Shown here one piece after another: positions 8,967-18,106 of a stretch of DNA of 27,369 nucleotides. This DNA is from Acidobacteriota bacterium (GTDB taxonomy: Bacteria > Acidobacteriota > CAIWXX01). Each line of letters begins with the position of its first letter. Position 1 is the first letter of the stretch. The notes beneath the pieces were generated by a model. The model ran no database searches. It was not told where the DNA came from and saw nothing but the letters and a program-made list of their open reading frames with translations. The DNA lies in assembly GCA_040755995.1 (NCBI GenBank), contig JBFMAF010000047.1, positions 1 through 27,369 on the forward strand, given 5' to 3'. The position numbers and the translations under genes are program-made.

Positions 8967-10583
8967 GTGAAGCTCAGGAGAGCCTGGAGATGCGCTCTCC
9001 CCGTTTGGGCCGCGGCATGGCCGCTCGCGATTCTTCTTGGCGTGGCCGCGCAACTCATCCCCGAGCCCGCGCACCGCTTGGAGGACGTTGGACTGCGCAA
9101 CAGGAGAGGAATGCCTTTGCGAACCCTCGTCTTCGCGCCGGAGCCCGCGGCCGCCGCCGGCCTCCCTGCCGTGGTAATCATCCAACCGTTCAACAACCCT
9201 CCTGAGTACGCGCGCCTCCTCTCGCTTGAGTTGGCCCGCGAAGGATTCGTCGTGCTGACCTTTGACTGGAGGGGCCGCACGGCCCGCGAGAATCGACAGG
9301 CCCTTCGCACGGACGCGCTCGATGTCATGGGCGCGGATGTCGCGGCGGCTGTCGCCTATCTGCGGAAACGGCCGGAGGTCGATCCAGCTCGCATTTCCGT
9401 CGTGGGCCACTCGGTCGGCGCGACGCTCGCCGTCGAGGCCGGCCTCGATGATCCGTCAATCGCCGCCGTCGTGGCGATCGGGATGGAGGCGATGGCGGCG
9501 CCGCGCGTGCCGAGCAATCTGCTCTGGGTCATCGGCCTCTATGATGAGTTCTACGGGCTAGGAAGGATGCGCGCCTGCTTTCGCGAGAGCACGGGAGCTG
9601 CCGTCCCGGAGAACACCACCGTCGGGGACTTTAAGGATGGGACGGCACGGAGACTGGCGGTGTCGTTGACTGCGGATCACTTCTCTGAGTTGCAGGACAA
9701 GAATGTTCATCGAGAAGTGGTGCGCTGGCTCGGGCAGGCAGCGGGCCTTTCGTATGAGCCGAGCGGTCCGTCGATGGAAATGCATTCGCTCCTGATCGCG
9801 GCGACCTGGCTCACCGCGGTCGTCGCCGCGATCCTGACTGTGCTCCGGCCAGGCAGGCGCTGGCCGGTTGCCCGGCGCCTCGCGCCAGCCGCGGCTCTCA
9901 TGGGCATCCTGTTGCTCGCACATGTCGAGGACCAGACTCGCATGGTGACGGCTGACGCCATGCTCGGCCTGCTGATCTTCGGTCTTATAGCCGGTGCTCT
10001 CTGCAAGGTCCCGCCGGAAACGCTCGCACGCAAGCTCCGCGCGTGCGCCCGGGTCGCGCTCACAATCTGGATCAGCGTTCTGCTCACACTCTTGGTCAAT
10101 GCCGTTCCGGCCTTCGTCGATAAGCCAGGCCGCCTGGCGTCCGTCCCCGAGTTCGCTATCCGGCACCTCTTCGATCTGCTCTACGCCTACGTACTCGTTT
10201 TCCCGCGACCGTACGTCATCTCGCACGCGGCGGGCGCCGTCGTCACTCCCAGAATGTGGGTGCTCCTTGTCCTCGCTGTGGAAGTGGCAGTCCCGGGCCT
10301 GTTCCTTGGATGCCTCGCGCGCCTGATCAACCCGCGCGGAACGCGAGTCGAGCCCCGTGCTGCATCAATTCGGGACGCCGTCGTCCTGACTGTCTTGGCA
10401 CTGATCCTGGCGGCGATCCTTTGGCTTCGATTCCAGCAGGGCCTCTTGACCGAAGAGAGCGCCCTCGCCGCTGGGCTCTGCATACTCCGCTACGCGCTGC
10501 CGCCGATCATCATCTTTGCGCTCCTCAGTCGCTGGACGAGGCGCATGAGCCCCAACCGACAGCCTGATGGGGGCGCTGCCTGA
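8967..10583 (+). CDS. Alpha/beta hydrolase with multi-pass membrane C-terminal half
   Basis: Motifs LAREGFVVLTFDWRG, VDPARISVVGHSVGA (GxSxG), GLYDE and ADH, followed by about 8 hydrophobic helices. Start uncertain (GTG). Confidence 0.8.
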   Translation: MKLRRAWRCALPVWAAAWPLAILLGVAAQLIPEPAHRLEDVGLRNRRGMPLRTLVFAPEPAAAAGLPAVVIIQPFNNPPEYARLLSLELAREGFVVLTFDWRGRTARENRQALRTDALDVMGADVAAAVAYLRKRPEVDPARISVVGHSVGATLAVEAGLDDPSIAAVVAIGMEAMAAPRVPSNLLWVIGLYDEFYGLGRMRACFRESTGAAVPENTTVGDFKDGTARRLAVSLTADHFSELQDKNVHREVVRWLGQAAGLSYEPSGPSMEMHSLLIAATWLTAVVAAILTVLRPGRRWPVARRLAPAAALMGILLLAHVEDQTRMVTADAMLGLLIFGLIAGALCKVPPETLARKLRACARVALTIWISVLLTLLVNAVPAFVDKPGRLASVPEFAIRHLFDLLYAYVLVFPRPYVISHAAGAVVTPRMWVLLVLAVEVAVPGLFLGCLARLINPRGTRVEPRAASIRDAVVLTVLALILAAILWLRFQQGLLTEESALAAGLCILRYALPPIIIFALLSRWTRRMSPNRQPDGGAA

Positions 10584-10598
10584 TGTGCTAGACTACTG

Positions 10599-12287
10599 AT
10601 GAAGGTACCCATGCGAATGCCGGCCAGGGCACTGCTGCGTAGTCTACCCGTTCGGGCGCTGGTGTTCGTGTTCGCCGGCGCCATCCCAGCCGCAGCCGGT
10701 GAGTGGGTCGAGACCGCAACGATCGTGGCGGACAAGGTGATGGTCTTCAACGGCATCCCGCGCAGGTACGGATGGGGTGAGGATTTCGTTTACAGGGCAG
10801 CCTCGAGCACGGCCGACACCCGCTCGATCGGCTCGCCTTGGCTCGGGGGAATCCCCGTGGTGGACATCTGGGCCGAGGGGCAGGGCGGAGTCGCTCTATT
10901 CAACACGACGCCATACCACGAGCCGTTCAAGGTCCAGGTGCTGGTGGGGAACGGCAGGGTGACAATCAGAGCCGCACAGGGTGCGAACATCGAAAAGTAC
11001 GAGCATGACGGCGACTACTTCGAAGCGCTGAGGGAGTACGCAAGGAGGATGAGCGTCAAAGGCATCGCGATGCGAAGCGCGCCAGGCTGGGCGTTCGACC
11101 CCATCTGGGAGACGTACGGGTTCGAAGAGACCTGGACGGCGGCGACCGTCCGCAACATGCTTCCACTGCTGAAGCAGCTCGGCATCAAGACCATAACTCT
11201 CGACTCAGGATGGTACGGTGAGGGTACCCGCGACTGGGATGCCCACACCGGGGATTTCCCGGTGAATCCGGACACGATAGGCACGGAGCAGGATTTGAAG
11301 GACCTGATTGCGGAACTTCATGCGCAGGGGTTCCGGGTCCGGCTCTGGTGGGTTGGCGGGGTTTCAGAGACGAACACGCGTCTGCACCGGGATCACGCCG
11401 ACTGGTTCTACTCCAAGGTCACACCATCCTGGGGCGACCCGGGTGATACGGGTGATTGGTATCTGGATCCGACCTACGGCGCCGTCCGGGAGTGGAACAA
11501 GCGCATCGTGCAGCGCTTCATTGGTTATGGAGCTGATGGATTCAAGATCGACGACGTGTACGAGATCGACGAAGATGATGATGTCAAATCGTACCACTCC
11601 GCTTACTCACAATTGTTCAGGGAGGCGTACGAGACGGCCACCGCCAGCAAAGCGGACTTCTGCATCAACATATGCAATTGCGGCATCGCTCAGAACTTCT
11701 TCGACCTGCCCGGAGAAAACCAGCTCATAACTTCAGACCCCGTTGGACCGAAGCAGTTCCGTCATAGAGCCAAGTACCTGCATGCACTGAATCTGAACCA
11801 CGGCGCGGTTCTGGGAGACCATGTGGAGCTGACCGAGGGAGACGTAGGGCCGGAGGAGCTGAAGCGCCCGGGTTTCTACGCGTCAATCGCAGATTCGGAT
11901 TTCGCGAGCACAGTCGCGCTCGGGATGGTCCTCGAGACGAAGTGCCGGATCGATCCTGGATCACGATACAGGAGATGGTTCCAGGCGTACCGTGAACACA
12001 AGTTCTATGAGATGGAGTGGATCAATGTGCCCTATTACTCGTGGAAGAGGATCGAGACGTACCTGCTGAGGAGCTCGAACGGCGATCTCTTCTTTTCGTT
12101 TTTCGCCGCCAACAAGGGCAGCTACTCCGGCAACGTCACCCTCTCGAATCTGCAGTCGGGGGCCAGGTACTCCGTTTACGACATCGTGGGCGAGCGCACG
12201 CTCGGTTCATTCACCGCCCAGGGCTCCAGCAAGGATTTCAAGGTGAAGGTCAAGGATTGCCTCGTGGTGCGTGTGAGCAAGGAGTAG
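10599..12287 (+). CDS. Secreted clan GH-D glycoside hydrolase (GH36/GH27 alpha-galactosidase-like)
   Basis: Signal peptide, ITLDSGWY (DDGW-like), LHAQGFRVRLWW, YGADGFKIDD (nucleophile KxD) and a C-terminal beta-sandwich. Confidence 0.8.
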   Translation: MKVPMRMPARALLRSLPVRALVFVFAGAIPAAAGEWVETATIVADKVMVFNGIPRRYGWGEDFVYRAASSTADTRSIGSPWLGGIPVVDIWAEGQGGVALFNTTPYHEPFKVQVLVGNGRVTIRAAQGANIEKYEHDGDYFEALREYARRMSVKGIAMRSAPGWAFDPIWETYGFEETWTAATVRNMLPLLKQLGIKTITLDSGWYGEGTRDWDAHTGDFPVNPDTIGTEQDLKDLIAELHAQGFRVRLWWVGGVSETNTRLHRDHADWFYSKVTPSWGDPGDTGDWYLDPTYGAVREWNKRIVQRFIGYGADGFKIDDVYEIDEDDDVKSYHSAYSQLFREAYETATASKADFCINICNCGIAQNFFDLPGENQLITSDPVGPKQFRHRAKYLHALNLNHGAVLGDHVELTEGDVGPEELKRPGFYASIADSDFASTVALGMVLETKCRIDPGSRYRRWFQAYREHKFYEMEWINVPYYSWKRIETYLLRSSNGDLFFSFFAANKGSYSGNVTLSNLQSGARYSVYDIVGERTLGSFTAQGSSKDFKVKVKDCLVVRVSKE

Positions 12288-12305
12288 ACGAGTACGCGCG
12301 CCAGC

Positions 12306-15170
12306 ATGAATCTTGAGACCCGTGGTCCAGGCCGCCCAGCGTGCGCACTTGTGCTCCCGATCGCTGCTTGTCTGATCTTCAACGATCCTGGTGGAGCGGG
12401 TAGCGCATCGTTTCGCGACTGCGAGGCACTCGTAAGTGCTCAGCCTGACGATCTGGCTTCGTACGAATGTTTCTACTGGACTGCTCTGCGCACAAGAGCA
12501 CTGGCGACTGCTCGCCGGTATCTCGAAGCTCTACTTGCTCGCGACTCCGCCAACCATCGCGCTCGACTGGCCCTCGCGAGGATCTCGGCCGCCAACGGCG
12601 ATCAGGATGCCGAGTCGTTGTACCGCGCCGCTGCCGAGGGACTCGCTGCGCAGGGTGATGCGAGCTCCGAGGTGGTGGCGCGAACGGAGCTCTGCACCTT
12701 CTTGAAACGCCGAGGCAGATTCGAAGAAGCACGGACGGAGCTTGAGGAGGCGAAGAGCACAGCCGAACGGTCAGGCGACCCGATGTCGATCGCCCGTGCC
12801 TCCATCGAAGAGGGGTTTTTGGCCTATGCGATGTCCGACTATGGGCTCGCCTGGACCTCTTTCAAGCGCGCAGAGCCTCGGGTGTTTCCCGAAGGCCCGT
12901 CCGATCTCCAGAGCGCCGTACTGCAAGGCATCGGGGCCGTATCGTGGGCTACAGGCCGGTACCGGGAGGCCTTTGAATGTTACGGCCGAGAGGCCGATCT
13001 CCGGAGGGCCGCCGGCGATCCAGTCACTGAAACCCGGGCTCGCTACAACATGGCCACGATCGCGTGGGATCTGGTGGCCGAAGGGGAAATGGATGCCGGT
13101 GAAGCGCGCCGGATCACGCGAACGGCCTTGGAGGCGGCCGTGCGCGCCGGGAACGTGGACGCCGAGGCCTCTGCCCGAGCGCTCCTCGCGGCCGATCCGA
13201 CCCTCGACCCGAAGACTGCCGTCGAGGAGTGCGAGAAGGCGCTTGCAGGGCACCGGCGGGGCGGCCGCATTGACCTCATCGTCTGGGATCTGAACGGCCT
13301 CGCTTCGGCCCTCCTCAGGGCGGCCCCAGAAGCCCCTGGGCGAGCATACAGGGCCGTTGACCAGGCCATCGAGCTGGCCCGGAGCCGCGGCGCCTTGGCT
13401 CTCCTGGCCGATTCGAGAATCACCCGGGCTGCCATGCGCGAAAGAGGGGCGACACCATCCGAGGTGATCACCGAACACCTCTCGGCCTTCGAAGCGATAG
13501 AAGCGGTTCGCGACCTGCAGCGCGATGACCTTGTGCGCGCCGGCTGCTTCTCCGGCTACACTCCAGCCTACTATCAGCTCGCCAGCTACCTGCTCACGGA
13601 AGCCGGCGGCCACGACGTTGATACGGCCATGAAGATCGTGGAGCGAATGCGGGCCCGCGTACTACTCGATCGTCTCGATGCCTCACACGCCACGGCGGCC
13701 CTCTTGCAGAGTACTCCGCTCACGAAGCGCCGCTCGCGACTCCTCGACGAGATCGCGCAGGTCCAGCGGAGCTTGCTTGAAGAGGAGCTTTCTCCGGAGA
13801 CCCGGGCCGCTGCTCTGAAAGAGCTGGATCGGCTGGAAGTGGAAGAACGCGCGCTCCGCAATGAAATCGCGCGCGCCGATCCTCGCTTTCGCGAGATGCA
13901 TCGTCCGGAGCTCGCCGGGGTATCCGATATTCAGCAGTCGCTGGCTTCTGACGAAGCGCTTCTTTCCTACCAGATCCCGGGGCGCGCGACGGGGGCGGAT
14001 GGCGGTGAGGGCGGTTCGTGGCTGGTGTCGATCACACGCGAGCAGGTGCGGGCCTATCGGTTGGCCGACCCGGAGGAGATGTTGTCAGGCGTCGAGCTAT
14101 TCCTCGGAATGATCGATCGCCGTGATGGAGCCGGAGAGGCGGCCTCCTCGCGCCTCTTCGACGACCTGCTCGCGCCGGCGCTCCGCGATCTGCCTTCCAC
14201 GAAGACGCGGCTCATTCTGGTGCCCGACGGCGTCCTGTACCGGCTGCCGTTTGACGCGTTGCGTTGTGATGGGCCTCGACGCGAATTCGTGGTGGATCGG
14301 TACGTCCTGAGCCTTGTCCCGTCTGCTACGGTGTGGCTCCGGCTACGCAATGCCCCCGACGCACCCTCCAGCCTCCCTGCTATCATTCTCGCGGACCCTG
14401 CTTTACGACGTTCTCGATCCGGGCCGGCGGCTGCGGAGAGCGCCGAACGTCTTTGGGTCCTCGACAACAGCGGCTTGCTTGATGCGCTGCCCCAGGCGCG
14501 TGCCGAAGGGCGGGACGTGCGCAGATGGCTCGGCAGGAGCTGCCTCTTGCTGGAAGGACCCGCGGCGACCGAATCCGCCATCAAACAGGTCGACCTGGAC
14601 CGCTTTCGAATACTTCACTTCGCCGCTCACACGGTCCTCGATGAACAGACTGCCGAGCGTTCTGCTGTTCTGCTCGCGCCCGGCGCACCTTCGGAGGATG
14701 GTCTTCTGCAGATCCGCGAGATCGTCGGGATGCGCATGACGGGCAAGGTCGTGGTCCTCGCGAGCTGCCGCAGCGCGTCCGGCGCGATCCTCACCGGCGA
14801 AGGCGTCGTCGGGATCGCCCGTGCATTCCTGCAGGCGGGGGCGCGCGTGGTCGTAGGCAGTCTGTGGCCGCTGAGAGACGCCGACGCGCGGCTCTTCTTC
14901 GAGGCCTTCTACCGGGAGCTGCGAGACGGCGCCGGCGTGGCCTCGGCAGCGGCCGCCGCACGGCGGGGCTTCGCCGACCGCTGCGCGCCGGCCTCGGAGT
15001 GGGCCGGCGTCGTCGTCATCGGTGACGGCCGGCTGACGCCATTTCCCCATGGCTGCCCCCGCGATCTCATGACGTGGCCCCCCGACCCTCTTCTGACGCT
15101 CGGCCTGCTCATCGCCGCCCTGGCCGCAAGCCTGGCTCCGTGGGAGCGCCGCCGGGCCGACACGACCTGA
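12306..15170 (+). CDS. TPR + CHAT (caspase-like) domain protein
   Basis: Ala-rich TPR-like helices, ERMRARVLLD, LILVPDGVLYRLPFDAL, ILHFAAH (His), EDGLL, VVLASC (Cys), AFLQAGARVVVGSLWPLRD, WAGVVVIG and a C-terminal hydrophobic tail. Confidence 0.9.
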   Translation: MNLETRGPGRPACALVLPIAACLIFNDPGGAGSASFRDCEALVSAQPDDLASYECFYWTALRTRALATARRYLEALLARDSANHRARLALARISAANGDQDAESLYRAAAEGLAAQGDASSEVVARTELCTFLKRRGRFEEARTELEEAKSTAERSGDPMSIARASIEEGFLAYAMSDYGLAWTSFKRAEPRVFPEGPSDLQSAVLQGIGAVSWATGRYREAFECYGREADLRRAAGDPVTETRARYNMATIAWDLVAEGEMDAGEARRITRTALEAAVRAGNVDAEASARALLAADPTLDPKTAVEECEKALAGHRRGGRIDLIVWDLNGLASALLRAAPEAPGRAYRAVDQAIELARSRGALALLADSRITRAAMRERGATPSEVITEHLSAFEAIEAVRDLQRDDLVRAGCFSGYTPAYYQLASYLLTEAGGHDVDTAMKIVERMRARVLLDRLDASHATAALLQSTPLTKRRSRLLDEIAQVQRSLLEEELSPETRAAALKELDRLEVEERALRNEIARADPRFREMHRPELAGVSDIQQSLASDEALLSYQIPGRATGADGGEGGSWLVSITREQVRAYRLADPEEMLSGVELFLGMIDRRDGAGEAASSRLFDDLLAPALRDLPSTKTRLILVPDGVLYRLPFDALRCDGPRREFVVDRYVLSLVPSATVWLRLRNAPDAPSSLPAIILADPALRRSRSGPAAAESAERLWVLDNSGLLDALPQARAEGRDVRRWLGRSCLLLEGPAATESAIKQVDLDRFRILHFAAHTVLDEQTAERSAVLLAPGAPSEDGLLQIREIVGMRMTGKVVVLASCRSASGAILTGEGVVGIARAFLQAGARVVVGSLWPLRDADARLFFEAFYRELRDGAGVASAAAAARRGFADRCAPASEWAGVVVIGDGRLTPFPHGCPRDLMTWPPDPLLTLGLLIAALAASLAPWERRRADTT

Positions 15171-15180
15171 AGGCGGACCT

Positions 15181-15199
15181 GGGCTGCCCGTCGCAGCCC
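15181..15199 (+). terminator. GC-rich hairpin after the CHAT gene
   Basis: GGGCTGC-ccgtc-GCAGCCC, 10 nt after the stop. No U-tract. Confidence 0.3.
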
Positions 15200-15406
15200 C
15201 CGGCAAGGACGCTGGCGCCTTCGACGAGAAGACCGGGAAGCTCGTCGGCATGAGGGAGATCCCGCTGCCGAAAGCGGAGAAGCGAACTGGCCGCCTGATT
15301 ACGACAGGGCGGCTGGACTTAGGAGCAATGAAGGCACGGTAGCCGAGAGCCGCAGTCAGGATGATTCTGGTTCAGCGCGCCCGCACGCGTTCCTTCGGAG
15401 GATGGT

Positions 15407-17311
15407 CTACTCCGTCGCACCGTGGTTGGTTCGGTCTTCGAATGCGGCGCTGATGCGTCTCTCTGCGATCTCCGGAGTTGACGCGACCGCCAAAGACAGA
15501 TACTGCCCGTCCTCCTCGAACATCAGACTCTCGGCCACGAGAGCGCGGAGGGCCCTCGTCACCTCCTCCGCACCGGCCTCCGCAAACCGCCCGTCGATCG
15601 ATTCGCGCGAGCGGATCTCCATGCAGAAGAGATAGATCGAACGCCAGGGCTCGATCAGGGTAATGGACCGGTATCCGTGGCGCCGGTCGAAGATCTCCAT
15701 GAACGTGCCGCCGTCCTGGTAGTAAAGGGGATGGTGGAACGGAAGCCTCGCGTCGTCGGCGATGCGAGAAAGCAGGTCTCGCCAGCTGTTGCGGGCCGAC
15801 TCGACCTCACTCCAGTCCGCTCGGCGGCCCTCGCCACGCCACTCGAGCTCGTTCAACTCAAGCCGGGCAAAAGCATCCTCGGGGAGCCCGGCCCGGTAGA
15901 ATTCATGCTTCTCGACGTGGGCGATGCCGTAGTCGTGCCGGAACCGGTCCACGGCACTCCCTGCGGCCAGCTGAAAAGGGCTGAGTCTCGCGGCGGGTGA
16001 GTATGAGATGGCATGGCGCTGGATATTCCGAGCCGTCTCCGCCACCTCTTCCTGCGTGCTGCCGGGGAAGTTGGTGATCAGCGTGGTGCTGTTGCGAAGG
16101 CCTAGCTCGTGACAAGTCTTGAGTGCCTGCAGATTGAGAATGACGGAGGTGCCCTTGTTGAGCCTGCGGAGATAGCTGGAGGAGAAACCTTCGATTCCGC
16201 ATTCGCAGAAAACCAAGCCGGCCTTCTTGAGCGCGAGGAGCTCCCGAGGCCGTATGTTCGACCGCATCGCGGCGAAGAAGTTGTATTCTCTTCTTCCTGC
16301 CAGAATCCGCTCTGCAAGCTCCATCAACTCCCTCGATCGCATCGCTCTGTCACAGAAGCCGAAGCGGAGGTTCCGGTAGCGGTCGGCAAGGGCCTCCATC
16401 TCCGCCGCCAGCCTGGCGGCCGACTTGGCCCGGTAGCGGGTCGTGGAGTAGTTGCAGAAGTGGCATCGATCTTTCGGATTGCCCGTGCCGGCAGAGCGAT
16501 CCCACCAGCAACCGCGCGAGCCCTCGATGGGGACGTACCAGAGCATCCTCGATCGCTCACCCAGCGCGGCGTACTCGTCATAGTCGGGGATCGGCAGGCT
16601 GTCGATGTCCTCGATCTCGGGACGGACGGCATCGGGCGACATATCGATCGTCCTGCCAATCAGGCCGGGCGTGGAGGGGATCGGCCTCCCATCTCGAAGC
16701 CTCTCCAGCAACGAGACCAGCGGCTTCTCGCCTTCTCCCTGGACCACATAGTCGATGAACGGGTACTCGCTGAGTATGGACGGTCCTGCTCCTCCGTCCA
16801 GCGCCGCCCCACCAAGAACGATGACCACGCGCGAGGAGAGCCTCTTTACCGCGGCGGAGAGCATGAGACTCGAGAAGGTCTGCGCGAGCGATGTCGTCAG
16901 GCAGATGACATCGAAACTCTCGGCCAGCCGCCGCGCGAGATTCAGGAGGTGCCCGGCAAGTTCGTCGCGGACAGACTCGAAAAGCTCCGACCAGCTTCCG
17001 CAGCCCGGGCGCAACGCAGAGGAGGCCTTCTCACCCAGTTGTTTGGCCAGGAGCTCCGAGCAATATCGACACACCCGGTCCCTGCGTTCGGGGTAGAGAT
17101 GCGAGAGGTAGAGGAGCTCCGCGATCGCGCGGCGCTCGCCAATCACTCGGTAGAGCTTGGAGCCGATACGCTGAGCAACTGTTAGATGCTCCGAATGACA
17201 AACCAGGTCGATCCCGTCTGCTTCACGACGCACGTATGCGGCTAGCACGCCCAGGGCGGCGCAAGGGGCGTTTGGCTGTGCCCAGGGCATCCCTACCAGC
17301 GCGACGCGCAT
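15407..17311 (-). CDS. B12-binding RiPP-maturation radical SAM (TIGR03975/PoyC-like, probable C-methyltransferase)
   Basis: Motifs MRVALVGMPW...ALGVLAAY, IVLGGA..FIDYVVQGEGE, LPIPDYDEY, IEGSRGCWW-x12-CHFC, GIEGFS..LRRLNKG..NLQALKTCHELG and LVAESLMFEEDGQYLSLAV. Confidence 0.9.
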   Translation of the reverse strand: MRVALVGMPWAQPNAPCAALGVLAAYVRREADGIDLVCHSEHLTVAQRIGSKLYRVIGERRAIAELLYLSHLYPERRDRVCRYCSELLAKQLGEKASSALRPGCGSWSELFESVRDELAGHLLNLARRLAESFDVICLTTSLAQTFSSLMLSAAVKRLSSRVVIVLGGAALDGGAGPSILSEYPFIDYVVQGEGEKPLVSLLERLRDGRPIPSTPGLIGRTIDMSPDAVRPEIEDIDSLPIPDYDEYAALGERSRMLWYVPIEGSRGCWWDRSAGTGNPKDRCHFCNYSTTRYRAKSAARLAAEMEALADRYRNLRFGFCDRAMRSRELMELAERILAGRREYNFFAAMRSNIRPRELLALKKAGLVFCECGIEGFSSSYLRRLNKGTSVILNLQALKTCHELGLRNSTTLITNFPGSTQEEVAETARNIQRHAISYSPAARLSPFQLAAGSAVDRFRHDYGIAHVEKHEFYRAGLPEDAFARLELNELEWRGEGRRADWSEVESARNSWRDLLSRIADDARLPFHHPLYYQDGGTFMEIFDRRHGYRSITLIEPWRSIYLFCMEIRSRESIDGRFAEAGAEEVTRALRALVAESLMFEEDGQYLSLAVASTPEIAERRISAAFEDRTNHGATE

Positions 17312-17349
17312 CAAGTGCCTTCTCGACGCTGCTGTCGAGCCTACGAGGA

Positions 17350-18018
17350 CTACGGCTCGGTCGTTGGTTGAATTCCGGTCGGAAGACCGACCACACTAGC
17401 GGTCGGCAGGGCCTCCGCGGACGCCGGGCCCTTGGTCCTGTCAGTATCCCCATGCGCCGGCGAGGGCTCGGCGCTCCCGACACCCGTTGCGAGCGGTATA
17501 GCCGACTGGGTCGGAAGAGCCTCCGAGCCCTCAGCGGCTCTTACACCCGCCCACGTCGGCAACGGCTGTGAAGCGCCTTGCTGAATCCCCGTCGAGAGGC
17601 TATTCTGCGACGCGGTGGGCAGCGCCTCCGAAGATGGCGTGCCCTCAGCGGCTCCTACACCAGCCCACGCCGGCAAGGGCTGTGCGTCGACCTGCCGCTC
17701 GTTCCAGATTCCCTGCGGCATGGCGCCCGTTTCGCCGGCGAGCTCCCGAATCGTCATCTGGGGACCCGTGGGCGTCGAGGGTCCCTGCGTGCGGCCCTCG
17801 CCAAATATGGACTGCGACGGGTCGGGCAGGACGATCTCGAATGTGTCCTTCGGCAGCTCGACCGACGTCTGCCTCGTTGCCGTCGACGCTGTCTTCTCAT
17901 CGGCCGACACCTGCGTTGTACCGGCGACGTCTTGAATCTTGGCCGATTCCGCAGAGGCAGTCTGCGGCTGCGTGATCGTCACCGGCCTGTTCGACGGACC
18001 CTGGATACTCGATGACAT
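17350..18018 (-). CDS. Hypothetical 222-aa repeat-containing protein, candidate precursor B
   Basis: GGAGG RBS, leader homologous to 8090..8518, C-terminal repeats. Ends 38 nt upstream of the co-oriented radical SAM. Confidence 0.8.
   Translation of the reverse strand: MSSSIQGPSNRPVTITQPQTASAESAKIQDVAGTTQVSADEKTASTATRQTSVELPKDTFEIVLPDPSQSIFGEGRTQGPSTPTGPQMTIRELAGETGAMPQGIWNERQVDAQPLPAWAGVGAAEGTPSSEALPTASQNSLSTGIQQGASQPLPTWAGVRAAEGSEALPTQSAIPLATGVGSAEPSPAHGDTDRTKGPASAEALPTASVVGLPTGIQPTTEP
17353..17682 (-). repeat. Interleaved peptide repeats in precursor B
   Basis: QPLP(A/T)WAGV(G/R)AAEG x2 and (S/A)EALPTxSxxxLxTG(I/V) x3. Confidence 0.85.
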
Positions 18019-18106
18019 CTGATAGCCTCCTGTTGATTCAGGGGACGGGGATGATCCTCTCGGAGGACGCCGCTGATCTCATCGGCCCGGACTCCGTGCG
18101 GCGACG

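Noticed and set aside
8893..8970. 25-aa ORF MEDTVLTSALVGALFAVSSTPAARP overlapping the hydrolase start
   Set aside because: Too short to support, with a poorly spaced RBS and no recognisable motif.
8967..10583. Alpha/beta hydrolase as a bottromycin BotH equivalent
   Set aside because: It keeps a GHSxG serine and has a multi-TM half, unlike soluble BotH. Only proximity supports the idea.
15200..15345. AGCAATG (ANTAR-loop-like) and an ATGAGGG in the convergent intergenic gap
   Set aside because: There is no dual hairpin, no GACGT partner and no downstream + strand gene. Probably a gene scrap.
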